From positions 672,001-736,000 of the forward strand of contig NZ_JAQNDL010000004.1 of the NCBI RefSeq assembly GCF_028368995.1: 64,000 nt of DNA. The letters are read 5' to 3'. This DNA comes from Nannocystis bainbridge (GTDB taxonomy: Bacteria > Myxococcota_A > Polyangia > Nannocystales > Nannocystaceae). The translations under genes were made by a program, and so were the position numbers. This document shows, in pieces, positions 31,004-40,900 of the stretch (its first letter is position 1; every line of letters starts with the position of its first letter). Under the pieces are notes generated by a model that was not told the origin of the DNA, made no database searches, and was given only the letters and a program-made list of their open reading frames with translations.

Positions 31004-31786
31004 GTGGGTCTCTTTGATTTTCGCTGTCCGGTGTCCGGGCTGTCGCTGCGCGCCGCCGATGCGGTCCACGTGGCGCTGATCGAGCTCGATCCGGGCGAGT
31101 GGGCGCCGCTGTCGCTGCCGGTCGTCGGCTGCTACGACCGCGGCGGCTCGATCGACGGCTTCACCCCGGACTTCCGCACCGACCTGTTCGCGGCGGGGTT
31201 CGCCAGGTTCTACAAGTGCGGCCGCGCCGACGGCCCCGACGTCAGCCATGAGCTGCGCGAGTTCTCGCGTCAGCCCGACTTCGGGCGGCTGCTCCACGTG
31301 TTCGAGCGCGTCAACACGATGAGCCAGTGGCACGCGATGGAGTTCACGCTCGACGGCCTGCCGCTGCGGCAGGTCCTGATCCACGCGGAGGTGTTCTCGA
31401 CCGTGGCGCCGTCGGAGCCGCCGACCCGCGCCCCCGCGTTCGAGGCGATCGAGCAGCAGCTCGCGGCCGCGCCGGTGGCCCCGCAGGCGCGCGAGATGTT
31501 CGAGGCGCTGATCATCGCCGACGACCCGATCCGCTGCCAGACCGCCGCGGCGCTGTCGCAGCTGGCCGCGTTCTCGCGCTGGCTGGCGGAGCGCGGTAAG
31601 TCATGGTCACCGGCGCCGGAGAGCGGCCAGTACTTCGTTGAGACGGACCTCGAGTTCGCCCGCGAGGCGCGGACGACCTGGGCCGCCGACCCTCAGGTGC
31701 TGTCGGTCGTCGAGCTCGTGATCCAGGACCTCGAGGAGGAGCTCGCGGGCGGTCGGCGGCGTCGTCGACGTGCGCGCGCGCTGTGA
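31004..31786 (+). CDS. Hypothetical protein
   Basis: GGAGG RBS, GTG start, high GC3; MGLFDFRCPVSGLSL..G.YDRGGSID. Confidence 0.75.
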   Translation: MGLFDFRCPVSGLSLRAADAVHVALIELDPGEWAPLSLPVVGCYDRGGSIDGFTPDFRTDLFAAGFARFYKCGRADGPDVSHELREFSRQPDFGRLLHVFERVNTMSQWHAMEFTLDGLPLRQVLIHAEVFSTVAPSEPPTRAPAFEAIEQQLAAAPVAPQAREMFEALIIADDPIRCQTAAALSQLAAFSRWLAERGKSWSPAPESGQYFVETDLEFAREARTTWAADPQVLSVVELVIQDLEEELAGGRRRRRRARAL

Positions 31787-31960
31787 AGCACGTGCGTCGC
31801 GGTCGGCCGATCGGATCGCCACGATCGGCGTGCCGAGCGTGCGGGGACGCTGTACTCGTCGGCGGGGATCCGGATCTCCGAGACGCTGGCCGAGTACATG
31901 ATGAACCTGCGCGCGACGTACCCGTGAGCGGGGACTTTGTATGAGTCCGGGTGTGAATGA

Positions 31961-31984
31961 TCAACATGTCTCGATGGACATGTA
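31961..31984. repeat. 14-bp-phased ACATGT pair
   Basis: CATG cores at 31965 and 31979. Confidence 0.6.
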
Positions 31985-32025
31985 GCGGCCGGTCTTGGAA
32001 GACCGGGACACGCCGGCGCAGCGGG

Positions 32026-33396
32026 TCAGCCTCCGTTCGCCGGGCACAGGGCGCCGGCCTTGCGCGCCGCGGCGGAGCCCGGCCGTTCGTCGGCGATCCG
32101 GGCCGCCTCGGCGCGGGCCGCTTCGACCTGGCCCAGCGAGCAGAGCGCGCTGACCAGCGACAGCCGGCGCTCTTCGACCAGGGCGCCGGCCGGGAACTCG
32201 AGCGCGTGTCGCTGCAGCAGCGCGTGGGCCTGCGTCCAGGTGCCGGCGCGCAGGGCAGCGCGGGCCTCGGCCATCAGCGTGGACTCGCGGAGGAGCGCGT
32301 CGGGTTCGATCGGCGCGGAATCATCGGATGTCGCATCGGACATGTCCTTCGGGACATTGATGAGAGTCGTGGCTCGGGTGGGCGAGCTCGCCTGAGCGGC
32401 GCGGGCCGCGGCCGCGGTGAGGCGCGCGAACTCGGGCGAGGGCTGGTCGTCCAGGGCGGCCGGGGTCGCATCGGCGGGCGGTGAGGCGGCGGGCCGCGCC
32501 GCTTCGGCCGCGGACGCGACCCGAGCGGCGGGCGCGGGCGCGGCGGTTGGCTCGCTTCGCGGCGCCGTGAACACGACGACGGCGACGAGCCCGACCACCG
32601 CGGCCGCGATCGCATTGGTGGTGGCGAGCCCGGACGCGAGCGCGCCCGTCGTCCCCGCGGGCGCAGCGGTCCACGCCGACGCGGTCCACGCCTGGGATGC
32701 AGCCTGCGCGGCGGCGGCCTCGCCGGCCCCGGCCAGGCCCACGCCCGCGACCAGCGCGAGCCACACCCGCTGGCGCGTCGCCGGGCTCGGTTCGCCGGCC
32801 CGGCGGGCGCGACTCAGCAGCAGCGCGCGCTCGTCGAGCGCGGCCTCGCCGGTGGCCCGGCGCTCGCGCAGGCGGACCCGCGCGAACGTGCGGTCGAACT
32901 CCTGGCGAGCCGCCCGCAGCCGCGAATACACCGTGTTCTCCTTGACCTCGAGCGCGCGGGCGATCTCCGGCGCCGTCATCTGCTCGAGCTCCGCCAGCAG
33001 GAACACCGCGCGCTTGTCCTCGTCGAGCCGGTCGAGGAAGCGCTCCAGCAGCGCGGCGGCCTCGCGCTCGGCGACCGCGTCGGTGCCCTCGTGCGCGCGC
33101 GGGGCCTCGTCGGCGAACGCCTGCGCCAGCCGGTGCTGGCGCCCCGCGGACCGCCGCTGTCGCCACGCGATCTTGCGGGCGATGCCGTACAGCCAGCCGC
33201 GGACCGAGGTGATCGGCGCGTCGGGGCGGCGCAGGACCACCAGGAAGACCTCCTGGGCCGCGTCCTCGACGGCGCCCGGGGCCACGCCGAGGCGACGCAG
33301 GTTGCGGTGGACGAACCCGATGTGCTCGCGGAACAGCGCCTCGAACGCGGCGCCGCCGGGGGGCACGGGGTCGGACTCGAGGGGCTGGAGCTGCAT
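32026..33396 (-). CDS. ECF sigma factor with a long C-terminal extension (TM plus helical/TPR-like domain)
   Basis: Region 2 EDAAQEVFLVV..WLYGIARK; region 4 EIARALEVKENTVYSRLRAAR; then Ala-rich and TM segments, and HALEFPAGALVEER. Confidence 0.85.
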   Translation of the reverse strand: MQLQPLESDPVPPGGAAFEALFREHIGFVHRNLRRLGVAPGAVEDAAQEVFLVVLRRPDAPITSVRGWLYGIARKIAWRQRRSAGRQHRLAQAFADEAPRAHEGTDAVAEREAAALLERFLDRLDEDKRAVFLLAELEQMTAPEIARALEVKENTVYSRLRAARQEFDRTFARVRLRERRATGEAALDERALLLSRARRAGEPSPATRQRVWLALVAGVGLAGAGEAAAAQAASQAWTASAWTAAPAGTTGALASGLATTNAIAAAVVGLVAVVVFTAPRSEPTAAPAPAARVASAAEAARPAASPPADATPAALDDQPSPEFARLTAAAARAAQASSPTRATTLINVPKDMSDATSDDSAPIEPDALLRESTLMAEARAALRAGTWTQAHALLQRHALEFPAGALVEERRLSLVSALCSLGQVEAARAEAARIADERPGSAAARKAGALCPANGG

Positions 33397-33408
33397 GGAT
33401 CGGTCGGT

Positions 33409-33439
33409 ATCTCCGGGTCGCCGCGGATCCGTCTAAAAA
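33409..33439 (-). promoter_or_regulatory. Putative ECF promoter (autoregulatory)
   Basis: TTTTTaGACGGaTC-N9-CCGGAGAT, 12 nt before the sigma ATG; matches 34863-34893. Confidence 0.65.
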
Positions 33440-34605
33440 AGTTGCACCGCGACGCCGCCGCCCAGGCGCACGCCCGCGGGCGGCACCGCGTAGAACTCGC
33501 CGCCGTCGCGGGTGGCGTAGCGGCGGCGCGTGAAGGCGACCACGGCCTCGATCTCGAGGCCGAGCACCAGCCAGCGCAGCGGTCGCCACTGCAGGCCCGG
33601 GGCCAGCAGACCGGCCGCCCACAGCCCGCGGGAGGTCTCGCTCGCCGTGAGGCCCACGCCCTCGGCGCGCAGCCGCCCGAGCTCGAGGCCGGCGCACAGC
33701 TCGAGCGCGAGGGTGCGGCGGACCAACCGCGGACAGCCACGCACGGCCCCGGCGGCGAGCTGCAGGGTGGCGCCGACCCCCGGGTGGGCAGGGTCGCGCA
33801 GCGGGCTGCCGAACCAGCCGCTGCCGCGCAGGTCGAGCCGGGCCGGGCGCCACACCAGCGAGAGGTGACCGGAAAGACCGGCAGCGAACCGCTCACTGGG
33901 CCCGACGCCGGCGGCGGCGCCGAAGCCGAGCGCGAGCCCGGGGCGGCGGCGCGGGGGGACGGTCGAGGCCGCGAGCGGCCCGGCGGCGGTCGAGGAAGCG
34001 CTGGACGACGCGGACGCGGTCCCGGCGGCGGTGAGCGGCGCGGACGCGGTCGCGGAGGCGGAGAGCGGCGCAGACGCGGTCGCGGGCAGCGGCGCGGGCG
34101 TGGATCCGGGCAGCGGCGCGGAGGTGGATCCGGGCAGCGGCGCGGGCGGGATCGACGGGCCGGCGGGCAGCGGCGAGGGCTTCGGGCCGGGCGGCGGGGC
34201 GAGGTCGAGCTCGAGCGGATCGGGCGGCGGCGCGGGGCCCTGCATGAAGCGCGTGCTGACCTCGAGCGGCGCCGCGGCGACGGCCACGATCACCGCGGTC
34301 GCGTCCGCCAAAGCCTCGCAGCGCGGGCTGTGGAGCGTCCGCCGCTGCTCGCCGCCGACCTCGCGCACGCGCAGCTCGAGGGTGTAGCCGCCGGCGTCGG
34401 CGACGAGGCGGGCCTCGGCCGTGACCGGCTGGGGCGCGCCGCCGGCGGTCAGGCGCAGGGCAGTCGCCTCGACCTGCGCGCGGCCCGGACAGCCCGCCAG
34501 CTCGGGCCAGCGCAGCTCGAGCCAGGTCGGCGCCGCCGCGACCTCGCGGGCGCCGAGGACCGTCAAGCACAGCGCGGCGAGGCAGGAACCTGGTCGAAGA
34601 GACAT
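33433..34605 (-). CDS. Secreted/outer-membrane protein with Pro/Ala linker and beta-rich C-terminus
   Basis: Signal peptide MSLRPGSCLAALCLTVLGA; CEALADATAVIVA; APLPGST repeats; terminal Phe. Confidence 0.75.
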   Translation of the reverse strand: MSLRPGSCLAALCLTVLGAREVAAAPTWLELRWPELAGCPGRAQVEATALRLTAGGAPQPVTAEARLVADAGGYTLELRVREVGGEQRRTLHSPRCEALADATAVIVAVAAAPLEVSTRFMQGPAPPPDPLELDLAPPPGPKPSPLPAGPSIPPAPLPGSTSAPLPGSTPAPLPATASAPLSASATASAPLTAAGTASASSSASSTAAGPLAASTVPPRRRPGLALGFGAAAGVGPSERFAAGLSGHLSLVWRPARLDLRGSGWFGSPLRDPAHPGVGATLQLAAGAVRGCPRLVRRTLALELCAGLELGRLRAEGVGLTASETSRGLWAAGLLAPGLQWRPLRWLVLGLEIEAVVAFTRRRYATRDGGEFYAVPPAGVRLGGGVAVQLF

Positions 34606-34862
34606 GTGACCCGGGACGCCGGGCGCGAGGGTAGCGAGGCTGGTCGGCGCCGACAAGCGGGACAGGCCCCTCGCGCCGGCGAAGCGCGCTGCGCCCCGCG
34701 TGCGCTCGCAAGCCGCAGCGCCGGAGCGCCCGCGAGCGGTGACCGTGGGCGGCCGGCGCCGTCGCCCGGACCGTCGCCCGTATAGGAGGATCACGAGCGC
34801 GGCGCATCGAGCCGCGAGGGCGCGTCGTCGATCGAAGTCGCGCCGTCGAGGTGGCCGAAAGA

Positions 34863-34893
34863 TTTTTCGACGGGTCTCGCCGGTGCCGGAGAT
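34863..34893 (+). promoter_or_regulatory. Putative ECF promoter of the amidohydrolase gene
   Basis: TTTTTcGACGGgTC-N9-CCGGAGAT, 9 nt before the ATG. Confidence 0.65.
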
Positions 34894-34902
34894 GGGTCGG
34901 CC

Positions 34903-36534
34903 ATGCACACCACGACGCGCCCCGTCATCGACGCCCAACTTCTCACGACCCCCGCCGCCCGACTGCGCAGCCGCACGCGCCCGATTCACCGGATTACGCG
35001 CGGGGTGAGCCTCGGCGGCTGGTTGCTCGCGCTCGCGTGTGACGGCGGCGGCGCGACGAGCACGGCGCACACGACCGCCGACGACACGACCATCGCGACC
35101 ACGCAGGACAGCGGCACCGAGGGGCCGGACCCGGGCACCACGAAGGGCACCGAGGGGCCCGACCCGGGCACGACGAGCGACGGGAGCACCACCGCAGTGA
35201 GTGCCAGCGACGGCAGCACCACCCACGGCACGAGCGAAGGCACGACGAGCGAAGACACGACGAGCGAAGGCACGACGAGCGAGGGCACGACGAGCGAAGG
35301 CACGACGAGCGAGGGCACGACGAGCGAGGGCACGACCTTCGGCACCACCGGCGCGTGCGAGAGCGACGATCGGGCGGTCAAGCTCGGGCGGCTGATCGAT
35401 CCGCTGGACGGCAGCGTGCTCGAGCCCGCGATCGTCATCGTCCACGCCGACCGGATCGTCGCCGTCACCTCCGACGAGGCCGCGATCCCGTGCGGCGCCG
35501 AGATCGTCGACTGGTCGCGCTACACCGGCGTGCCCGGGCTCGTCGACGCCCACACCCACTTCGTCTACCAGACCGACGACGAGCCCGGCACCTTCCCGTG
35601 GTCGCGCAGCTGGTGGCTGTTCCAGAACAAGCCGGACACGCTGGCCGCGCTGGCGCGCCAGGCGGCGGAGAAGACGATCCAGCTCGGCGTCACCACGGCG
35701 ATCGACAAGGGCTGCGGCCCGGGCGAGGGCATCATCGCCGGGCTGCGCGACGCGATCGCGGCCGGCGAGGTCGTCGGTCCGCGCATCTACTCGGCCGGCT
35801 ACGGGATCAGCGGGCCGGTGCCGTCGATCCCGGTGATGAAGGGGTGGATCGAGCAGAACGTGGCGAACGGCGCCGACCTGATCAAGGTGTGGGCCGACAA
35901 CTGCAGCGACGACACGCTGACCTGCACCTCGAAGTTCAGCTTCGACCAGCTCAAGGCGGCCGTCGACCACGCGCACGCGCTCGGCAAGCCGATCGCCATC
36001 CACGCCTACCACGCCGACACCGCGAAGCTGGCGATCATGGCCGGCCCGGACTCGCTGGAGCACCCGGAGGGCCTCGATACCATCGACTTCATGGACATGA
36101 TCGCGATGGGCATCACCTACGTGCCGACCATCGATCACAACCGCTATTACCGGGACAACCTGGCCTACTTCGGCTACGAGCCGGGCAAGGCGGCGGAGTT
36201 CGAGGCGTACATCGCGTTGAACCTGGCGACCGCGAATCAGGCGTACCTGGCCGGGGTCGACATCGCCATGGGCTCCGACGCGGTGTTCAGCGGGTTCGGC
36301 GAGAACACGCGCGAGCTGGGGTGGTTCATCGAGGCCGGGATGACGCCGCTCGAGGCGCTGCAGGCCGCGACGCTCGAGGGCGCGGCCAGCATCGGGGTCG
36401 AGCACGAGGTCGGCCGGGTCGCGCCCGGTTACTTCGCCGACATCGTCGCGGTCGACGGCGATCCGCTGACCGACGTGAACGTCCTGATCGACGATGTGCA
36501 CGCGGTGATGAAGAGCGGCGTGGTGGTGCCGTGA
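34903..36534 (+). CDS. Amidohydrolase-family lipoprotein with Thr-rich linker
   Basis: LALAC lipobox; PGLVDAHTH, ADLIKV, IAIHA, SLEH, GSDA, GYFADIVAVDGDPL. Confidence 0.9.
   Translation: MHTTTRPVIDAQLLTTPAARLRSRTRPIHRITRGVSLGGWLLALACDGGGATSTAHTTADDTTIATTQDSGTEGPDPGTTKGTEGPDPGTTSDGSTTAVSASDGSTTHGTSEGTTSEDTTSEGTTSEGTTSEGTTSEGTTSEGTTFGTTGACESDDRAVKLGRLIDPLDGSVLEPAIVIVHADRIVAVTSDEAAIPCGAEIVDWSRYTGVPGLVDAHTHFVYQTDDEPGTFPWSRSWWLFQNKPDTLAALARQAAEKTIQLGVTTAIDKGCGPGEGIIAGLRDAIAAGEVVGPRIYSAGYGISGPVPSIPVMKGWIEQNVANGADLIKVWADNCSDDTLTCTSKFSFDQLKAAVDHAHALGKPIAIHAYHADTAKLAIMAGPDSLEHPEGLDTIDFMDMIAMGITYVPTIDHNRYYRDNLAYFGYEPGKAAEFEAYIALNLATANQAYLAGVDIAMGSDAVFSGFGENTRELGWFIEAGMTPLEALQAATLEGAASIGVEHEVGRVAPGYFADIVAVDGDPLTDVNVLIDDVHAVMKSGVVVP
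35230..35337 (+). repeat. 15-bp tandem repeat (TSEGT x7)
   Basis: acgagcga(a/g)ggcacg repeated in frame. Confidence 0.9.
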
Positions 36535-36846
36535 TCGGCCGTCGCGAGCGGGCTGCGCGTCCGGGCGCGGCCCACGCATGCTGCGGATCCGCGGTCCTCG
36601 GCGCCTCGCAGTAACAGAGCGCGGGCTGCTGGGTGTCGCGGCGAAGGAGCGCCACTCTCGGCGACGACCATGGCCACCGTGACCTCGCGCTCGGGGGCTC
36701 TGACGGGCTGCCCACGGAGAGAAATAGTTCGAAGTTTTTTGGATCTCAACGGGGTTGTCGGGGCTCTTCACCCTTGAGCGTCGCTCTGGCCGGGCGTCCT
36801 CCCGACGAAGGCCAGGACTGGGGCGCCATCCACCGGACAAAATGAC

Positions 36847-37224
36847 ATGAAGAAGCTCGCATTTCTCGCTCTTGCTGCTGCTGCTGTCGGCGGCCTGTCC
36901 CTGACCTCGCTCCCGAGCACAGCGATCGCCAAGGGTCAGTGCAATGGCACGACGAAGCCCTGTCCGCTCCAGCAGTGGATGCGCGACAACCTGGGTACTC
37001 CCATGGCGAGCGGCGACTTCGTCGCGGTTGCCAAAGGGGTCGAGAAGATCCAAACATTCGGCGGCCCTGCCATGAAGGACTGGACCAAGTTCGCCAAGAA
37101 GACGGTCGACGACCTCAAGGCCAACAAGTCGGACGACGTGAAGGCCGACTGCAAAACGTGCCACGACGCCTACAAGGTCGCCTACAAGAACAACACGGCG
37201 CTGCGGAACCGGCCGATCCCGTGA
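36847..37224 (+). CDS. Small secreted c-type cytochrome (cytochrome c'-like)
   Basis: Signal peptide; C-terminal CKTCH..YK. Confidence 0.8.
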   Translation: MKKLAFLALAAAAVGGLSLTSLPSTAIAKGQCNGTTKPCPLQQWMRDNLGTPMASGDFVAVAKGVEKIQTFGGPAMKDWTKFAKKTVDDLKANKSDDVKADCKTCHDAYKVAYKNNTALRNRPIP

Positions 37225-37240
37225 GCGATTCACCGCGGAG

Positions 37241-37360
37241 GTGGCGAGCAGGCCGCGCAGAGACCGGCAGGCGCTCGCCGAGGAGACGCTGCGCCGCCTG
37301 CCTCTGACCCGGCAGGGCATGGTGCTCGGCACGCCGGCGTACGTGGCCCCGGAGCCGTTT
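37241..37360 (+). pseudogene. Ser/Thr kinase activation-loop fragment
   Basis: LTRQGMVLGTPAYVAPE with no flanking kinase subdomains. Confidence 0.65.
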
Positions 37361-37418
37361 TGCGGCGAGCGGGTTGTCGGCGGTGGGCTTGTCGGCGACG
37401 GGATCACCGTCGCTGGGC

Positions 37419-37980
37419 TCAAGCGGGCCGAGCTGCGAGGAGCGGGAGCCGGACCGTGAACACCGCGCCTCCGCCCTCGCCCGGGCTCTCGGCGTTCACG
37501 GTGCCGCCGTGCAGCTCGACGAGTTGGCGGACGATCGCCAGGCCGAGCCCGAGGCCGCCATGAGCGCGGGTCGTCGTCGGGTCGGCCTGACTGAAGCGGT
37601 CGAACACGTGCGGCAGGAACTCGCTCCGGATCCCCGCGCCTGTGTCGGCGACGCGAAGCTGCATCGCGTCACCCTCGCGCTTCAGCGACAGGGTGACGAT
37701 GCCGCCCACGGGCGTGAACTTGATGGCGTTGCTGAGCAGGGTTCCACAGCACCTGCTGCATGCGCTCGGGATCGGCGAGGGCCGGGCGCAGTTCGTGCGA
37801 GACGGTGGCGAGGAACTCGTCCTTGAGCCGCGTCACCGTCTCCGCCGCTTCGCGGGCCGCGCGTTCGCGGACTACCAGGTCGCGGACCACGTACTGTCGT
37901 CGACGGTCGCGGAGCGCCGACCGCACGGCCGTCACCAGCGTCAGCGGGGTGACCGGCCGCGCCAGCACGGTGACGTGGCA
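37419..37980 (-). pseudogene. Hybrid sensor histidine kinase remnant with internal deletion and frameshift
   Basis: [13 protein letters not shown] joined directly to [12 protein letters not shown]; +1 shift before LLSNAIKFT; [18 protein letters not shown]. Confidence 0.8.
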
Positions 37981-38008
37981 TAAGCGGCCGCCTGGCGCTT
38001 GACCGTCA

Positions 38009-38024
38009 ATGACCCGAGAGTCAT
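38009..38024. promoter_or_regulatory. Possible TetR operator
   Basis: Palindrome ATGAC-ccgaga-GTCAT just downstream of TTGACC, upstream of the monooxygenase-tetR operon. Confidence 0.5.
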
Positions 38025-38115
38025 GGATTGCGAAATCAACGCCAGCGCCGGTCTCGGGGCAATATCGGGCCGCAGGCGGTAAACGCGATAATCGAAGTTC
38101 CGAGGAGATCAGGCC

Positions 38116-39639
38116 ATGGACGACGTTCTCATCGTGGGTGCCGGACCGACCGGCCTTGTGCTGGCGCTTTGGCTGAAAAAACAAGGCATCCGGTTCCGGA
38201 TCATCGACAAGAGCGCCGGGCCTGGAGAGACCTCCCGCGCCATGGCCGTGCAGGCCCGCACGCTGGAGCTCTACCGCCAGCTCGATCTCGCGGATGCGGT
38301 CGTCGCCGCCGGTCACAGGAATCCGAACATCAACCTGTGGGCCCGCGGCAAGCGACGGGCGCATGTCTCCTTCGCCGACGCGGGTACCGACGTGACGCCG
38401 TACCCCTTCGTCCTGGTGTACCCCCAGGACCTCCACGAGCGGCTCCTGGCGGAGCGCTTGCAGGTGCTCGGTGTCGAGGTCGAGCGCCGGACCGAGCTGG
38501 TCTCCTTCGAAGACAAGGGTGACCACGTCGTCGCTCGCCTCAGGACGCCCGACGGCGGCGAACAGAATCACGAAGCGCGATACCTCGCCGGCTGCGACGG
38601 CGCTCGCTCCCCGATCCGCCATGCGCTCGGCATCGAATTCGAGGGCGGCACCTACAAGCAGATCTTCTATGTGGCCGACGTCGCGTTGAACGGGCTTGAA
38701 CCGGCCGACGAGGTCCACATCGCGCTCGATACGTCCGACTTCGTGGCGGTGCTGTCCTACGGAGGAGACCGCAACCGCCTGATCGGAACGGTCAAGGACG
38801 AACGCGCGGACCGCCCCGAGACCCTGACGTTCGAGGACGTCGGCCACCAAGCGATCGAGGGTCTCGGGATCGAGGTCCGGAAGGTCCACTGGTTCTCCAC
38901 CTATCGCGTCCACCACCGGGTCACCGGCAGCTTCCGGCGCGGTCACGTCTTCCTGGTCGGGGACGCCGCCCACGTCCACAGCCCGGCCGGAGGCCAGGGG
39001 ATGAACACCGGCATCCTCGACGCCATCAACCTGGCGTGGAAGCTCGCCATGGTCGTGAAGGGGCAGGCACCCGACAGCCTGCTCGACAGCTATGACCTCG
39101 AACGCCGGGCGTTCGCCCGCAAGCTCGTCGATACCACGGACCGCCTGTTCACGTTCGTCACCGCCGACGGAAGCTTCGCGGACTTCGTCAGGACCCGGAT
39201 CGCCCCGGTCGTCGCAAGCGCGGCGTACCGCATCGAAAGCGTCCGTGAATTCATGTTTCGAATGATCTCGCAGACGACCCTGAGCTACCAGGAGAGTCCC
39301 CTGAGCGAGGGCAAGGCGGGTTCGATCGAAGGCGGCGACCGTCTGCCGTGGGCGCGGTCGGCGGCCTCGGACAACTACGCGCCGCTGGCGGACATCGGCT
39401 GGCAGATTCACGTCTACGGCGCGGCCCGATCCGACCTGCGGAGCTGGTGCGAGCGGCGCCGTGTCCCGCTGCACACGTTCGCCTGGAGGCCCGAGCACAA
39501 GAAGGCTGGCCTGCAGAAGAATGCCCTCTATCTGCTTCGGCCGGACACCTGGGTGGCGCTCGCCGAGCCGCAGCAGTCCACGGCTACCCTCGACCGGTAT
39601 TTCAGCGCACGGGGGCTCGCCCCGGGGGAGGTCCTTTGA
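38116..39639 (+). CDS. FAD-dependent monooxygenase (PheA/TfdB-like)
   Basis: GAGPTG, GCDGARS, GDAAHVHSPAGGQGMNTG, LLRPD. Confidence 0.93.
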   Translation: MDDVLIVGAGPTGLVLALWLKKQGIRFRIIDKSAGPGETSRAMAVQARTLELYRQLDLADAVVAAGHRNPNINLWARGKRRAHVSFADAGTDVTPYPFVLVYPQDLHERLLAERLQVLGVEVERRTELVSFEDKGDHVVARLRTPDGGEQNHEARYLAGCDGARSPIRHALGIEFEGGTYKQIFYVADVALNGLEPADEVHIALDTSDFVAVLSYGGDRNRLIGTVKDERADRPETLTFEDVGHQAIEGLGIEVRKVHWFSTYRVHHRVTGSFRRGHVFLVGDAAHVHSPAGGQGMNTGILDAINLAWKLAMVVKGQAPDSLLDSYDLERRAFARKLVDTTDRLFTFVTADGSFADFVRTRIAPVVASAAYRIESVREFMFRMISQTTLSYQESPLSEGKAGSIEGGDRLPWARSAASDNYAPLADIGWQIHVYGAARSDLRSWCERRRVPLHTFAWRPEHKKAGLQKNALYLLRPDTWVALAEPQQSTATLDRYFSARGLAPGEVL

Positions 39640-40262
39640 CGGACGCGAAGCCGAGATGGAACCGGCGGAAGGAGGCGCGTCCGGCAGAGATCGTCGACGC
39701 CGCGATCGACGTCTTCGTGGAGAACGGTTTTGCGGGGACGAAGCTCACCGAGGTCGCGCAGCGCGCGGGGGTCGCGAAGGGGACGCTCTATCTGTACTTC
39801 GAAACCAAGGAGGACCTCTTCCGCGCCGCCGCGCGGCAGGCACTCGCCACGAACCTGGACGCCATCGAAAAGGTGGCGGCGGGCTTCGACGGAACGATCA
39901 CCGACCTGGTGCCGATGTTGTTGAAGCGGGCGGCCGGGCGGATGGGAGACAGCCGCATCCCGGCCATCGTACGCATGGTGCTGGCGGAGAGCCGCGCGTT
40001 CCCCGACCTCGCCCGCATCTGGCACGACGAGGTCGTGGCTCGCGTCCTGACGCTGCTGACCAGGCTGGTCGCAGAAGCTCAGGCGCGCGGCGAGGTCCGG
40101 CCGGGCGATCCGAAGCTCCTCGCCCTATCCATCGCCGGTCCGATGCTCGTCGGTGTGCTGTTTCACGAGGTGTTCGGGGCCGAGAGCCCCTTCGCTCCGG
40201 ACCTCGACGCGCTGGCCACCCACCATTCAGAAGCGGTCCTCCAAGGAATTGTGGATCGATGA
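39636..40262 (+). CDS. TetR/AcrR-family regulator
   Basis: TTG start overlapping the upstream stop; EVAQRAGVAKGTLYLYFETKEDLF. Confidence 0.9.
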   Translation: MTDAKPRWNRRKEARPAEIVDAAIDVFVENGFAGTKLTEVAQRAGVAKGTLYLYFETKEDLFRAAARQALATNLDAIEKVAAGFDGTITDLVPMLLKRAAGRMGDSRIPAIVRMVLAESRAFPDLARIWHDEVVARVLTLLTRLVAEAQARGEVRPGDPKLLALSIAGPMLVGVLFHEVFGAESPFAPDLDALATHHSEAVLQGIVDR

Positions 40263-40900
40263 TGCACCGTCGCCGTCGCGGCTATCGCGGGTCTGGTTTC
40301 GTGCATGTGAAATGTCGCCGGAGGGGCAGTCCAGCAATGGATCGGACGTGCGGTGGCCGCCCTCAATTCGCTGCGGCGAACGTGTTCCGTCTCAGCGCCG
40401 ATGACAGGGCGACCGCGCATGCGTGCAGTCCATGCATTCGGGTCTGCGTCCCGGCCACGTCGAACTGGGGCCACGACAGGCGATGCGTCGTCCGCCTGGC
40501 CGCTCCTGCGCCGGCATGACTGCCGCTCGCGGCCCCCATCGTCGCCTCGCTGCCCCGATCGCTCCAGCGCATGGGGCGGCCGAGCCGGGGGGCGGGAGAC
40601 GAGCCTGGAGGGGCTGTCCGGGCCACGGCGGCGGGCGAGATCGCTTTTTAGCCTCGCCGGCGCCGACGTCGCGCGGCGAGGACGGCGCATGAGCGGCCGC
40701 GCGGCCGCGCGCCGTCGCGCTCGACCTCGCCCGTGTTCGGCGCTCCGAGGGCCGATTTTCAGTGGTTCCCTGATCTGCACAATCGTCGCCGCGGCGAATC
40801 GCTCGCTGCGACCACCTCCGCTCGCAGACGGAGCCGAATGTTCGGTCGCTCCCGGCGCCGCGCGTCGTCGCAGTACGATCGGTGTCATCGAGGAGTCTGC

